This document shows, piece by piece, positions 39,150 through 53,391 of a stretch of 64,000 nt of DNA. Both the position numbers and the translations under genes were made by a program. This DNA is from Lytechinus pictus. Lineage: Eukaryota. The notes beneath the pieces were generated by a model, which did no database searches, was not told the DNA's origin, and was given only the letters and a program-made list of their open reading frames with translations. The stretch's first letter is position 1, and every line of letters begins with the position of its first letter. The DNA lies in NCBI RefSeq assembly GCF_037042905.1, contig NC_087245.1, positions 26,352,001 to 26,416,000 of the forward strand, written 5' to 3'.

Positions 39150-39632
39150 TAACCCAGGGAGCTCCGGCCAGCAAAGCGGGCCGGAGCCCAGGAGTCGACT
39201 GTGCAAAACGAGGGAGATACGGGACTGGGGTAGATTGGGGTCTCAATAGTAATCTTAATAAAATGTGGAAACAGAAATTATGCACTTACCACGATTATAT
39301 GGATGAAGGTCTATCATGACACACAAATCCTGACATGGAGGCACAGACTGGAACCTCAAAAAAACAAAATATAGCCTCGGTCTCGATCGGCCATTTTGTT
39401 TTGAATTTCGAAAGAAGGAGAGGTATCGCAACAGAACTTTTCTTTTTTTGAGGTTCCAGTCTGTGCCTCGATGTCAGGATTTGTGTGTCATGATAGACCT
39501 TCATCCATATATTATAATCATGGTAAGTGCATAATTTCTGTTTCCACATTTTATTAAGATTACTATTGAGACCCCAATCTACCCCAGTGTCTCCCTCGTT
39601 TTGCACGGTCGACTCCTGTGCTCCCTGGTTTA
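39150..39632. mobile_element. Foldback element with ~200-bp TIRs and 9-bp TSD GCTGTCTAT (MULE- or AcademH-type)
   Basis: TSD at 39141-39149 and 39633-39641; near-complete palindrome with a ~70-bp spacer. Confidence 0.88.
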
Positions 39633-42600
39633 GCTGTCTATATGCGCGCATGCCGACTGAGTTGTGTTTTTAATTTGTCACCTCTCTTCTCTTGTGTGTT
39701 GGCATGGTTGTCTGTTGATCATTTTGATGTAGCCTTGAGGACTTTGTGATGACATTTTTTAATATTTTGACATATACATGTAGATCTACTTATTCGTCAC
39801 GAAGCCTTGAAAACCTTCCTCATACAGGCTAAGCGAGACATATAAACACAGATGGATTTCCATAGGAAATCCATTATTAAACCTACTAATCACATAAATT
39901 TGTTGCATTTTCTTTATTTATACACCTTCATATGCCTATTATGCGAATGAAGGTGCAAAAAAAAATGTTAGTTTAAATATGAAAAATGAGAGGTTTCTTA
40001 CCAGACCAATCTCGTGTAGATCCCTTGATCCATTTGTAAACACCGCATATACAATAAGTTTGACCCTTGAACTGCCTCGTTATGATGTAGCTTCAATATA
40101 GCAATGTTACAAAATGCTGTTTGGAAGAACAATTTATTGATAAAAATTATTATTTAACAAATTCAATTTGAAACTTGATGATAAATAATTATTATTTACA
40201 ATAAAGTTTCTAATTTTAATTTTTGTTAAGTAATAATTTTATCTATAATTTAATAAAATTTTGGTTTAAAATGCTATCAGCAGTTGCAATGTTAAATATG
40301 AAGGGAATTCCCTTCTTGACTACCGGTACATAGTTTGCGAAGCATAGTCCCATTTGAGTGTCTAGGCTCCGTGATGGAATGACAATATCAAAATCATTAA
40401 AAAATATCATCACAGAGTCCTCTAAAAACTCTAGGCTGGGGTAAACAGGCAATTATGCAATATGAAGTAAATATCATTATTCTGCCATCTATGATCTAGA
40501 CTAGTTTTAATTTTGATTTCATAAATCTTGAAATTTTGGCACTGACAGTTGCAGATCTTGGGGTGACTCTAAAAAGAATGGTCACCCTGGAGCATGCATT
40601 TGGGTAGACAGCTGAAATCCTTTTGTTTGGAGGAGTATTTAAACATTTTAAAAGCTTTTTGTAATGTTGAGTGGAGCCAACGTACATACCGGAATAACCA
40701 ATGTACAGAGACTGAAGCTTTTGGTCAAGATAGCATTTGGGAGAATTTTAGTGGCAATTTTGACTGTCATGAGGGCAGAGTCTCCTGGCGCCCCCATGTA
40801 TTTCCTACACTGCCAGGACTGAAACTTTCAGTCTGATCCTTGGCTTGATCTTGGCCACAATTCTCTTATAAATAGCATTGTGTTGAATTCTAATTTTGAA
40901 TGGCTGTGGTTCACTATTGTCTGTTGGATGTACATGTACTGTACCTGATTGAGACCTACATGTATTATTTTCATGCAACTTGGCTCATCCCCCAGCACAC
41001 CGTCAGAATATTTTGATGGGGGGGGGGGGGGCATGCCAGCTGAAGGACCTTGATTTTTTTTGTAATGAGAGTTGCAAGTGCTCTGGAGTCTGGACCAATC
41101 TTTTTAACAGTCAAATATACTGGCTGGTGCTGGGAGGAGGGGGGGGGGGGGGGGGAGGGGGCTATCTATTGAATTACACTGTGATACATGTATGCTTGTG
41201 TGTTAGATTAAGTTAGTGGCCACTTTACATATTGAATAATGCACGTTCCTAAATACCAAGATAACTGATTCAATAATGGCCTCTAGCCTGTGTGTTACAA
41301 TTTGTGACACCACTGACATAATTGCTGTATAAAGTAATAATTTTACAGTACAGTTATGAGATCTTACAATGACAGATGCATGAATTTCAACACTTCGCAT
41401 TAAGTTGGCACATACTTGTACATGTAATGGACGTAGAAGTTCAACTTCAAGGTATATATGTAAAAGAAGAAAATGCACTGGAATCTGAAACTTAGAAAAC
41501 TGAAGAAAAAGCAAAATTATACTTTAATACTACATGTAACAACATATTTAGGTCTACCCATACCGGGACAACCCAAGTACGGTGTGTCATCTTCCAAGCA
41601 AGAGTAGCCCTTTATTGTTTTGTCTGCATAGCACACCCCACCTATTATTGTTAAGGGAACAATAGAAAGTATGCCTGCTGATTGTCATACCACGGTGATA
41701 ACCAGTGCAATGCACTGCACTGGGTTCAGTGCCTCTCCCATTCATGAAGCGGATATGGTGGATGGTTTATTAAATGATAATAACGTTAAATGTGAAGTTT
41801 ATACATACTCAGTACTGTGTAGGCCTATAGTGTATTCACTTTTATTATTTCAAATCTATACCAAGTTGTTTGTCTGGACATGATGTAAACTCCAAATATG
41901 AACAGCAATTTCAAGATACATGTATTTGCAAGTAAACTTTGTTGGAAAATATCATCACTACAATAAGAACAACTTTTTATTTATTATCTGTGCTTCATGG
42001 TGCATGGTACATGTAAAATTCAAATGGAAAATAAGATTTTCTTGAGTGTCATTCAGACATCCGACCCCCATCCAACAAGTGGAATTTCAAAACACCATTC
42101 TGATGTGAATTCACTTGCAGTTGTGTTGCATTTGCCTTTAATACAAGAAAGTCTCGCTTTCTACAAATGTGAATGTAGACAGTATATACATGTAGTACAA
42201 TGTTATGATGTGTCATTTGAAGAGGTTTTCAAATAATTTGTTTTAAAGGTGGAGTCATTTCTAGTCATACATCTGTCCCTATTTAAACTTAACAAATCCC
42301 AGATTTTATTTTGTAAACACACAATTTAATAGTATAATGCTTCACAGGCAGTGACTAACTGGGGATTAAAAGGTCCTGTGAATTCAGTGCACTCACCTGT
42401 GTATACCCTAACTTCTACTATTGAGTCTTCGAAAATGTATTTTTTTACAGAGAGAGACTTGTTGTTTTGTGGCCATTTTGTAGCAGTTTTAAAGCTTTTT
42501 TGTAGCCCCTTTGAAAAATGGATAGACAAGTAAATGTACATGAAATGGCTGCATGTCTAAAGCGGCAAATTTTGTCCACTTTGCACAGCTTTCCTCACTA

Positions 42601-43717
42601 TGTGTACGATGCAGCAAATAAATAAGAATATTACTCTACTTTCCTTGATGATTTGTGTACTGTATGCTTTTCAAATTTTATCTTTAATAGGGAAATAATG
42701 ATCAACTTGATATTTACATGTATAATAAATGTATTTCATAATCCACGGGCCACCGACGTACATTGTCATGAAAGGCCTTGTGGGTTTATAGTGAGAATTG
42801 AAAAAGTTTAAGAACCCTAGATACTTTCAGAGTAATCCCAGAAAAAAAAAGGTTTGTGTGACTTGTTTCTGTGATTTTAAAACTTGAAATTATAGAAACC
42901 TCTGTTGATTGGTGTGGGTCCTCCATTCTCTCAGGATTAACATCAAGGAGTGATGTCACGATATAAAGAGCGCAACTTGCGCACACTTTCTCACCAAAAA
43001 TTCAGGGATACATTGATACAAGTACAGCATACATATTATCAGACTTTTCTTCAAAATTTGCTAGTCCATAATCAAACTTTATTGAAAAGACAAAGTTTGG
43101 TACAAGTGGAGACAGTGGATATATCCTGTCAACATAATCGATTTTCTTGTACTGTACATTTAGTAAACATGTCTGTATGACTTCAATGAGCAAGAGGCAA
43201 TTATTAACAATTGTTCTACTAAAAACAATGAGTATAATAAACCTTGGCTTAGAGACCATGACCCACATTGTCATGCATCCACAGTTGTTATCATTGCTAT
43301 TAAAACTTTTTAGTGGTTAAACTGTGCTTGTGGACAGTTACATTTACATTTTGGAAATACCATTATTAAATCTCCGACTTTGCCTAATCTTGGACTTTGA
43401 CAGAGGTGTCTTGGTTTTCCCATGTTATGTAAACATGAAGAATGAAAGCCCTATTCAATGATGACTTTGAGCTTATCAATTACTCCCTCTGTATACACGA
43501 ACATGCAGGTCATATATTCTTTTTGCTTCTTACGGTTGTCGCAACTATCAAAGGATCCTAGAAAGCACTTTGTACATCAGTATATTGTAGTACAGTAGTC
43601 TTTGATATAATGACCATTATTTTGGTAAAGAATGATACATGCACTGTTCTTCATATGGTGTATTCTTGATTTTATAAGAAGAACACACTGAAAAGCAAAC
43701 TAAATCCCTGTAATACA

Positions 43718-44537
43718 TAGCCTCTTGTGGAGGCCCTGTCGGCTGCTTTAAGCTTTCCTAAATTTCACCGACTTTCTTTTGTTATTTTATTGTTTTTACC
43801 AATATACCGACCAAAAACTGGTCGGTAAAAATCATCCAATGAGAGCGCGGGCTGCTATGATGTCATATTGAATATTCATGAGCTCATCTTGAATGGCGAC
43901 CCGTGGATTCTTGGCTAAGAGTGACGACGAAATATCAAAGAGCATTGAATATGCCTCTAAAATGCTGAATATTGACCGATTTAAGGATTTGCAAGTCGAT
44001 AAAATTAAATCTGCACTGAAAGGACGAGATGTTTTTGTAAATCTACCCACAGGATATCAAAAAAATGTTATCTTTCATGCGATTTCACTGTGTGTTGATT
44101 ATCGTTCTCCGCGGTGCAGTGAGGGAATGCTGGAGTAGAGTTGTTTCCCCTTGACTCGAGTCTGACCCGCGGCTGACCAGTATCTCCCGGCAAGTTTCGG
44201 GGCGGTGATGGGTCTTTTACGGCCAGTACTAGTAGTAGTAGTAGTAGTACCACTGCTTGTACATGTAGCACTTTGCTGGTTATATCCCCTTTAGTGTCCA
44301 GCAATTAATCGAATCCCCTGCAGAATAGTGGACTACTATAGTATTCCGAACCCCGGACAAAACGGCTTTGACATTTCATTGGTTTACTAGGTGACCGGTG
44401 ATATTACAACTCATGTATATTCATTAGGAAGACGTTCCTCATGAATATATAATTCAGATCAGATGTCAAGAGGCCCTGGCTCGCGCCATCCCTCGCTTCG
44501 CTTGGGAAGCAGCCGCCTGGGCCTCGACAAGAGGCTA
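43718..44537 (+). mobile_element. Academ (AcademH-like) deletion derivative carrying a RecQ-helicase fragment
   Basis: TIR TAGCCTCTTGT(G/C)GAGGCCC at both ends; exact 9-bp TSD TGTAATACA (43709-43717, 44538-44546); internal helicase-like ORF. Confidence 0.85.
43893..44138 (+). pseudogene. Truncated RecQ-like SF2 helicase N-terminus (transposon cargo)
   Basis: FKDLQ...IKSALKGRDVFVNLPTGYQK corresponds to motif 0/Q motif plus a degenerate Walker A (PTGYGKS to PTGYQKN). Confidence 0.75.
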
Positions 44538-44628
44538 TGTAATACACTGTACAACAAGCAATTACTCTCAGCTTATCAATTCTATAGATCCACATTCATG
44601 TACAGTTTGTTTCCTCCATGTACATGTA

Positions 44629-45483
44629 GGGGAAGGCGGGGTAAGTTGAGCATAGGGGCAAGTTGAGCCACCACCCCCAGGCCAATAATGAATGAGTCGG
44701 GCATCGTGGTGGTGCCATGTATTGATGACCCATTGCATAACCTCTAACCCCACCACATTTTTTTCAACTTTGAAACAAAAAGTACTTTTTTAGAGGGAAA
44801 ATACAAATTTCAGCCAAAAAAGTAAAAAAGGGTGTAAAATAAATAAGTGCTTTTTCCACGCACATGTCTTTAAATATAATAAAGACATAAGAACAAAATT
44901 GTTAGTCCAGGTATGGATCTTCAGTCTTGTCGTAGTTTTTACATGATGGATGCATACGAAATGTGTGGATGCAAAATTATCGCATTAAGTTAGGACTGGG
45001 GTAAGTTGAGCAAACCAACATGGGGTAAGTTGAGCCACAGTTATTCTTATGGTAATGTGTATAAAAAACAAACAAACCTTAAAAAGCCATCGATATGCAG
45101 GCAGAAAGGAGCAAATTTACATGACTGTTCTTTTCCTTTTAGAGGATGTTGGTATTTATAGAGAATAAGCGAGTGAAAAGACTTTAAATAAAAAAATTGA
45201 CATGGTGGTTCTTCCCCCATACATTTTGTACATAGTTTTTGGGGCTCAACTTACCCCAAAAGGTGGCTCAACTTACCCCACAGATGGGGCAAGTTGAGCC
45301 ATTTGACATCTCTTTTTTCAAAGGTGACAGTGACTTTCAGTGTGGGGGTAGGAAGTTATATAGGTGAAAATATTTCAGAAGAATTAGATTTTAAGGCAAG
45401 GTATTTATTTCTACAAGACCATTAATCATATCAATTCTAACATGCAAAATGCAAAAAGTGTCACAACTTACCCCACCTTCCCC
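44629..45483. mobile_element. TA-flanked MITE with reiterated GGGG(T/C)AAGTTGAGC motifs (pogo/Tc-mariner-like)
   Basis: TA|GGGGAAGGCGGGGTAAGTTG ... CAACTTACCCCACCTTCCCC|TA. Confidence 0.8.
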
Positions 45484-48230
45484 TACTTGTTAATCTGTCA
45501 AAGGAACTGAGAAAGCACTTGTACTCACTTGAGGAGCACAGTCCAAAAAGTAGTTTAATGACCATATTAGAAAATATTACGATGCAAATGAAGCGCAAAT
45601 AAAGGACAATCTACATGTACGTGTAATCTGCATTGTACATGTCATGTTCATGTATTTTATTGAGCTATGTAGAAACCTAGGATTGTGACCATTGTAGGCC
45701 TTAATTGAAAAGAAAACAACGGAACAAAAACAGAAATTTATGTGAAATGTATTTGAGGTCTTTAACAAAGTATTTGTGACACTGTGCAAACAGTATCCAT
45801 ACAAGATGCATGAACTCATTATCGTTTTACAAGTACCGGTATATTCTTAGATTTATGTGCACATTGTTTGATGATTGGATTAAAATGGCTTTGTTTTCAG
45901 GATCAAAGGTTACAGATTATGTTCTCATTGTATTCTTTTATCCTTGCCGAATCCATTAACCATTTGACTTTCATATTTGCAAAGTGTTGTTAGTGCTACA
46001 GGTATCTTGGAAGGTATTATTAAAGGGAAATGTGCTCCTTGCACCACGGTCAGGGGGAGGTTGCTCAAAAAATGACTTAACAAAAAAAAAGAGAAAATGA
46101 AATGAAAAAGAAGACCCCCACCTAAATGTACAATGTGTATGTATTTTTTTTTTAAATCAAGATTTAAAAGTGGACAGCATTTTAACCCAGCCTGACCCCA
46201 ACTTTGAATGTTGGAAGTGGTGCAAAATAGCACTAGCAGATTTATACCCCACCAGTTACAGGTATTTTTTCTCTAAACTCTGTATAATACCGAGAAAAGA
46301 GTGAAAGATAACATCTATAGCCAACATGTACAATGTGGTCTGTCTATGGAGGTAGATATTTTGTTGTAGCCCTCATACATGTACATGAATGTTGATTTGC
46401 TTAAAAATGAACTTGTGTTTTTGAAACTAATATTTTTGCTTGTACACATCATCATGGTACGCAACAATAGTAAAAATGCCACTTTCCTTGATTATGAAAG
46501 AATTTTGTACACACTTTAGGCGTACATGAAAACATGATGTATAATTTGCAGTATATTTGTTGTTGACATTACGAGAAGTTTAAAACATATGGTAGGCCTG
46601 CAGAAGTTTGTATATAAGATTCCCTTGAAATTTTTTTTGATACCCGACGGATATCTTTCCTCACTGTGTGGACATTTTCATAGCACACTTGATGACTTTG
46701 AGGAATTCCATGGAGCTTGAGCCTATAATGACAACTTGTGAGATCTCTCTTGAATCTTTATTGCATGCAATTTATCTTCTTTTCATTGTATTCCCTTTTG
46801 GCAATTAATTTACAGACCTGTATGTTCTTTCAAATGAACATTCTACGTGTGTACATGTACATATGCACATGTACATGTATTGAAATGTACAATACAATGC
46901 AGAAGCTACCCATTGAGAATGAGAGCTAGTGAAGCATTTAATATCAGTGATCTGGGTATTTCACAACCTTCCTAATTTGTGGTTGGTGGGCACACTCGTA
47001 GGAGCATTGATTTGAAATTACATAAACTCTGGTTGTGCAACTCACTCTGATGTAAAGCTGTTACATGACCAGAACAAGGTTGAACACTACTGAATTTATT
47101 TTAAGGTCATTACAGTGTATTTTTGAAGTACTAGACATGCCCCCCCCCAAAAAAAAGTGACCGATGTAGACCTAGAAAACAACCATTAAAAGTTCAGGGA
47201 CACTCTTGGAAAAAACTTACATTGTAATGTACTGGTATCATGATAAAGAAATAAAAAGGTGCATAAACTGTAGGCCTACATGTCAAAGCAGGCCTACCCT
47301 TTTTTGTGAAAAATAAGCAAAATTCTAATATGTCATTAATACGTTGTTATTTTACACTTTGATGAAATTTTCAGAATTTTGCTTAAATGATTTTTTCCCT
47401 TTTTATGCAACTCAACTTTTTGTCGGGGTAGACTAGACATGCCCTTTCGGACGTGTCTTAAAGGTCAAGTCTGCCTTTAAAATGGCCGGGTCTTATGTAT
47501 ATAGTGTCAATTGCATGTACATAAATAGGCTTTAGGCCAGAGTCACACAAATTATAATTAAGTAATATCCTTGCAGTTGTCTGCATGTATGTTCATGCCC
47601 ATATACCTGTACATGCAGGTGCATCAATCATGCTCTGCAGTATTATAGTCACAGTTAATATTTGCTTTCCATAACACGACCATGGAACATGGACACTCTT
47701 GACAAACCTGCAGTGATTTACGTCAAAACAACCAGCTGTTGCTCTGATGGAGTCCCTGGGTGCAGGGGGGAAGTCCATCAAAACCAGGTGACGCAGCCAG
47801 TTTTAGTTCTCACAGTGCAACCATAGAGCTATTTTGCTGGAGGAGGATGCACAGTAGAGTCTACACTGTACATGCTTGAACTTGTTTCCAGAATAGAAGA
47901 GAGCAAGTCGGGCCTCTTGAAACCACCAAGTTCAGGAAAATATACAAAAAGCTTGAAATCAGGTCTGTGGATACACGTATTGCTCATCAGCAGGTGAAAT
48001 TCAGTGGTATCGGACTACATCATAGTATAGTGTACATGAACATTGTTGTTCTGTTTCATTTTTTCACATTGATTTTCATTTTGATTCTATCACAACTCCA
48101 GAGTTCCAACATCTTGAGCCTATAGTGGAACTTGTATGTAATTTTTTTTTTTTATAACTTGTTAAACGAGTTGAACTATATGTGTATTCAACTGTAGAAA
48201 ATGCTTTAATTTCATTTTTTTGGGTATCTT

Positions 48231-49864
48231 CAGGGACTCAGTTTAATAATTATGAGGGGAGCAATAAAAAGCTCTCCTAGAACTTTTAAGGAGAGCGGTA
48301 GAGGAGCACTGCAAAAAGCTTTTCTTCCACATACAAGGGGAGCGTTTTGTCCAATTAACAAAACGGATGGAGGAAATATATGTACTAAGTTACAATCAAC
48401 AACCAAAGGAAGGAAACAATCGAATATGCAATATTGATGCTGTACCTCAGTGAACATGTTATTGTAATTCTTGAAATATAATTGTTTTACAATGTATTGT
48501 AATGAGATTGTGTGATATAAAACCTGTTTGAGTGAGGTTTTGACTTTGGCTAAAAGTTAAGTCACTGACAATTTTTTTTTTTTCGGGGGCTCCATTTTAA
48601 ATTTTTTGTCAAATTTCGGGGGCTATTTTTAAATGCTCTTTTTGTATTTGAGGAATACCTGTTCACTTATTAATAATGAATTATATTACTTTTTGTTTGA
48701 TATTGTATGATTTTTAAAGTTATTTTTTCATGCTTAGAATCTTGGATGTGGGTGTGTGTGTGCGTGTGTGTGTGACTGTGAGTTGGACTTGGATATAAAT
48801 GAATTCAATATCTAATTTCTACTCCGTCTATTCCAGTACAATACCCTGTACTCGGCCTTGTACATGTAATAAAGGCCCACATAACCTCGTTCGTAGGATG
48901 AGTGACATACCCTAACTTTTCCTGAAGTTCTTTGAAAACGCAGATCTCCATGAAAATTGCATTTCTCTCTGGGGGAGTCTAAATTCGGTGAGAATGTATT
49001 CATTAAGAACTTAAATATACATGACAATGAAGAAATCATCAAACTTTATTGGCAGTTTTGAATAATATACCTGAAATGTAAACTCTGTCTGAAACAGAAA
49101 ATCACCATCATTGAGGCCTTTACTGAGCGAATTGTCCCCCAGAGCTCTGGCAGAGAGACAGAGCTCCGACTGGCTAGCTAGAACAAACGCCAATGCGTGC
49201 GCGAGCCTGCCGCCGGCCTTGTAAAATAGATGGAGCTTTGTTTGATGATTTATTGTCTGATATTTACCTCATCCCCTAGAAAAAGAAAACAAATGATTTT
49301 TTAGTTATAATTAATAAATAAGGTAACTTATTTTGGATGTTAATAGGCCGTTTTGAAAAGCAAAGCCGAATGACAACTCACCAATGCTAGGTTACTAGAC
49401 TCTGGTATTTATTTCCTCTTTTATCACAGAATTGTGATATCTGTAGGGGAAACATGTGCATTCGAAATTGCACATGGTGGTAGTCATAATGGACCCCTTT
49501 ACATGCAACTCTTTCCCGACCGTTGCGTTGATTTTTTTTTCCATACCTGGTACCATGTGTATGGAAATACGTGGTACAGAAAAAAAGACGCAAAATTTGA
49601 AACTGCGCTCCTCGCTATTTTCAAGGCTTATTCATGATTTTGAGTGTGGATTTTGGATGATTTTTAAATGGTAAGCGGAGCTCGAGCATATGGCGCTAGT
49701 GGGCCGTTGAGTTGTTATCACTCGGCAGTAATTCCGGGGGCGACATTCAGATTTCCGCGCAGCTCAGCGATCGCGAGGCGCGCCATTAATCGCGCTACCT
49801 AAAATGGATTAAGGCGCGCATGTAGCGCGCGATCGCTCTCGCGCGCCTTAAAATCGAGTCCCTG
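48231..49864. mobile_element. 1.63-kb hAT-like element with 6-bp TSD TATCTT
   Basis: CAGGGACTC...GAGTCCCTG termini; TATCTT at 48225-48230 and 49865-49870. Confidence 0.75.
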
Positions 49865-49880
49865 TATCTTGTTCATACAG

Positions 49881-49978
49881 GTGACGGTAAGGACACTGGA
49901 ATCATACTCATTGACGATAGGACAAAAGCAGTAATGACTGACCAACCAAGACATGCACAAGAAGCTTTCAGGGAACAG
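49881..49978 (+). CDS. SPATS2: SPATS2-like exon 2 (GDGKDTGIILIDDRTKAVMTDQPRHAQEAFREQ)
   Basis: tacAG acceptor and GTATGC donor; 98 nt, phase 1 to 0; bridges exons 1 and 3 in frame; loosely like SPATS2 KDSSGFIFD...ENMKEK. Confidence 0.8.
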
Positions 49979-52900
49979 GTATGCTTGCACTGATCAGTTG
50001 AAAATTTTCATCGTCAGAACCTCTTAGAAATTATACTCAAGCAACTTATTTTCAGGCCTTAAAAATATATATTTTGGGGTTTAAAACTCTAGATTTAGGC
50101 TTTGATCTAATAGGCTGTTTGAGTAAATACCTCAAGACTGCCGTCTTCAAGGCATCAATTCATGTATTTTTTTTATTTTATTGTATTTTTTAATTACATT
50201 GCGGTGCATTTAATCTACATTATCTTTTTACATATAGGGCTATGTATAGGCAAACTTTGTATGCTGATTACATGTAAATTGAATATTTTCACCCTGCGTG
50301 TTGATTGTTTGATGTGTGTTTGCAGACCAAATAAAGTACATTGTACAGTATTGTACAGGAAGCCTCTATTAAACATTTAAGTAAAGAAATGAATTGGCTT
50401 CACCCAACATGGTGCACATATTGGGCATACATTTCATACAGAACCAACAGAGTCTAAAAGCAGAGTCTGTTCATAAAACAAACCTGCTGTACATGTAGTA
50501 ATAGTTGTTTAGGTGCAGCAGTTGGTGGTTGGAAAATTGCCACTGCAGCAAACGGCAGAAAAAAAAACAGATGAAAAGATATGTAGAAAAACGGCAATGA
50601 TTTAGGGCGACAAGTAACTAGGTGGAGATGGGATAAAGAATGACAGAAAATAAGAGTCAGAGAACGAAATGATGGAGGAGGAGGGAGAGTTAAGAGAGAG
50701 AGAGGGAGAGATGAGGAGAGCAGTGATGAACTTATAACCAGGGATTGACCTCGTGACCCAGCCACTCACATTTTTTGCCTAGATGTGCAAGAAATGGGAT
50801 AGGAAGTAGATCACATCCGATAAAATAAGTCTTCCTGTTTCACTCCGATATATGTAGAATTGTAATTTTTATTAGGATCTATTTTAAACCAGTTTTAACA
50901 ATAAATTCATGACATCTGCTCTTATTATTAATAAACTGCTCTTTGGGCAATTGTCACTATTCAAGATCCCACCAAGCTTCTCAGTAAAAATTTTATGATG
51001 TATAGGAGAGTTTTGTCAATAATGTCCCCTTTTTCACAAGTCCTATCATATCTTTTTAATGGGTAGCAGTAGAAACATGATTAGACGTCTAATAATAGGT
51101 CGACGCTAGACCTAAATTATCCAATAGAAATTTGAGAACTACATGTGATCAATCTCATTTGCATATTAATGAGCATTATTGTTTTCAGGGGGCCTTATTT
51201 GCCCACTCGAAATGGGTAAATGAGGCCCCTAGCTTCATACAAAACCATTTTGTGATATACACTCTATGTAAAGTGAAAACAGTTCTGTTGGTTTGATCAT
51301 GGTTTGATACAGTACATGTACAACCACTTAACATTTACTAGTAACAATCACTTGAAATATTTAATTATTTTCCCAAAGGCCCCTATTTAATAATCCTATA
51401 TTATGGAAAAAAAAGACTGTTGGATTGTGTTTTCAACTGCCACAGTAATATTATTATGTTTCTACATGTTCTATTGGAGTTGGTGCTTTTAGCTAGTGAG
51501 GGGATGTCAACACTGCATTTTATACGGGGGGGGGGGGGGGGGGGTCACTTGCCGTCGGGTATGTTAAGTTCATAGGCCTCCAGTCAGAAAAAAGAGGGAA
51601 AGTAGTGAATTTTACTTCAGTATTGGCATGTACAATAAAGGCCTTTAATACAAAAGTCAACTCGTCTCTTATCTCTAAATTGGCGATGCTACATGTACAG
51701 TATGCTAATTGCTAAGGAACTGTCTCAAATACCATGCAAACAGCAATCCGTTTGGCACTGTCTTACTTCGAGTAGTGAGCTTAAAACTAACTGGGGGCCT
51801 TATTTACGCCAGGGCCTCAATTACCCCGCTCTCCCCTACCTCCAATTTAAAAAAAAAAACCCAAAACCTGTTTGAAACTTTCCCTGCAACTATTACCCAC
51901 TGGTTAGTATAGTGATGGTGAAATGTACTACCATTTGACTTTTTGAAGTGTAGAGCAATTAGACGGAGTCTTTTTATGAATTTTGACTTTTGATTATCAA
52001 TACAGTCAATGACAAACTTACTTTCATTTGGAGATACGTGTACAGTACATATAATGTACATACTGTACACATGTACGTACTGTACATGTATGTAGGCCTA
52101 CTTGTGACCCCTTAGTCCTGTTTGGTACTTTATATGAAAAGTTGCAAAGTACGTTGACCTGCTGCTCTTTTTTTCTGTCATGTTTTGGCCTACATGTACA
52201 TGTACTTTAAATGTAGACAAGGAAGCACAAAAAATGATAAGAATTTGGCAAAGGGCCCTTTTTAATTGCTATTGATGTTCCCAGTAAGTTTTATGTGAGA
52301 TAATAAACTGACCATCATTTATCGTATTACATACACGTATACACGTAGTATGATATTAATATTTCACATGGAAAGTTTTTGTATGCTGTGATTAGGTCTG
52401 ACACTGGTTGGTTATGTTGATGGTGATACATACCGGTACTTTATGATACCTGTATTTTATTTGTATAGGCCTATAAACACACATTCATGTACATGTAGGG
52501 CCTACACGGTAATAGTTTTACTAATCTCACATACATGTACATGTACTATGTATGTATCAGCCATAGATGAAGGCAGGCCTCTCTTTTCTGATTCATTTTC
52601 TGGGTCTGCAATGGCAAAAGCATGCATGAGGTTTTATAATGGAGGCCATCAGTTGACCTGTCTGTGTATTTACAATGTACATGTACTATGTATTTTCATT
52701 TCCGCACCATTTTATATCCATCTGTTTTTTTAACTCAGTGTACCGGTACATGTATTGTCCTTTCAAATGTTATGATAGGTTTTGTATGCTGGGTCACCAA
52801 ACTTTTTTTGTGTGGTTTTAGCATTTAATGTTAAACAGAACAAAACAAAAAATTAACTCCCCCTTTTTTCATAAGTACCGGTACATGTATGTGCTCACTC

Positions 52901-53391
52901 ATGTGTGACTTTATGGATCAATACAATTTTCCACAAAGGTTTTAATGTACATGTAAACACGCCAGTTCAATGAATTATTTTGCTAGAAACAATTATATTT
53001 TGAAAAAGGAGGAGTTAACTTTTTTTGGCTGCATTTATCAAAAATGTGTAATCAGTATAAATTGGAATATTGTGGGTAGGATGTACAGTACATGTATAAA
53101 TGTAATCTATATCTCATTTGTGGGGGGGGGGGGCATAAGGATTTCCTTCCCTCTTAATATTTCCCACCCCCCCTCTAAAAACAAGAATAAACATTTTTCA
53201 TGATAGTACTGTAGGCCTTGATGGTATTTAATGTACATGTACACGTATACTGTATGTAGGCCGTAGTACTGCCATCAGCATCTTATTGAAACAGCAAATT
53301 CATAATAACTTATTAATTTTTAAAGGGGTTATTATGAATAATTAAACATGGCCAGGTTTTTATAATTTCCATCAAATTTGTCCCTTTCCAG

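Noticed and set aside
38055..39651. Paired ORFs with shared peptides (38055/38486 and 39107/39295)
   Set aside because: They are mirror readings of TIR arms, with no splice signals or protein-family motifs.
42786..43274. Cluster of ORFs resembling a degraded LINE linker region
   Set aside because: Similarity is too faint and frameshifted to support a call.
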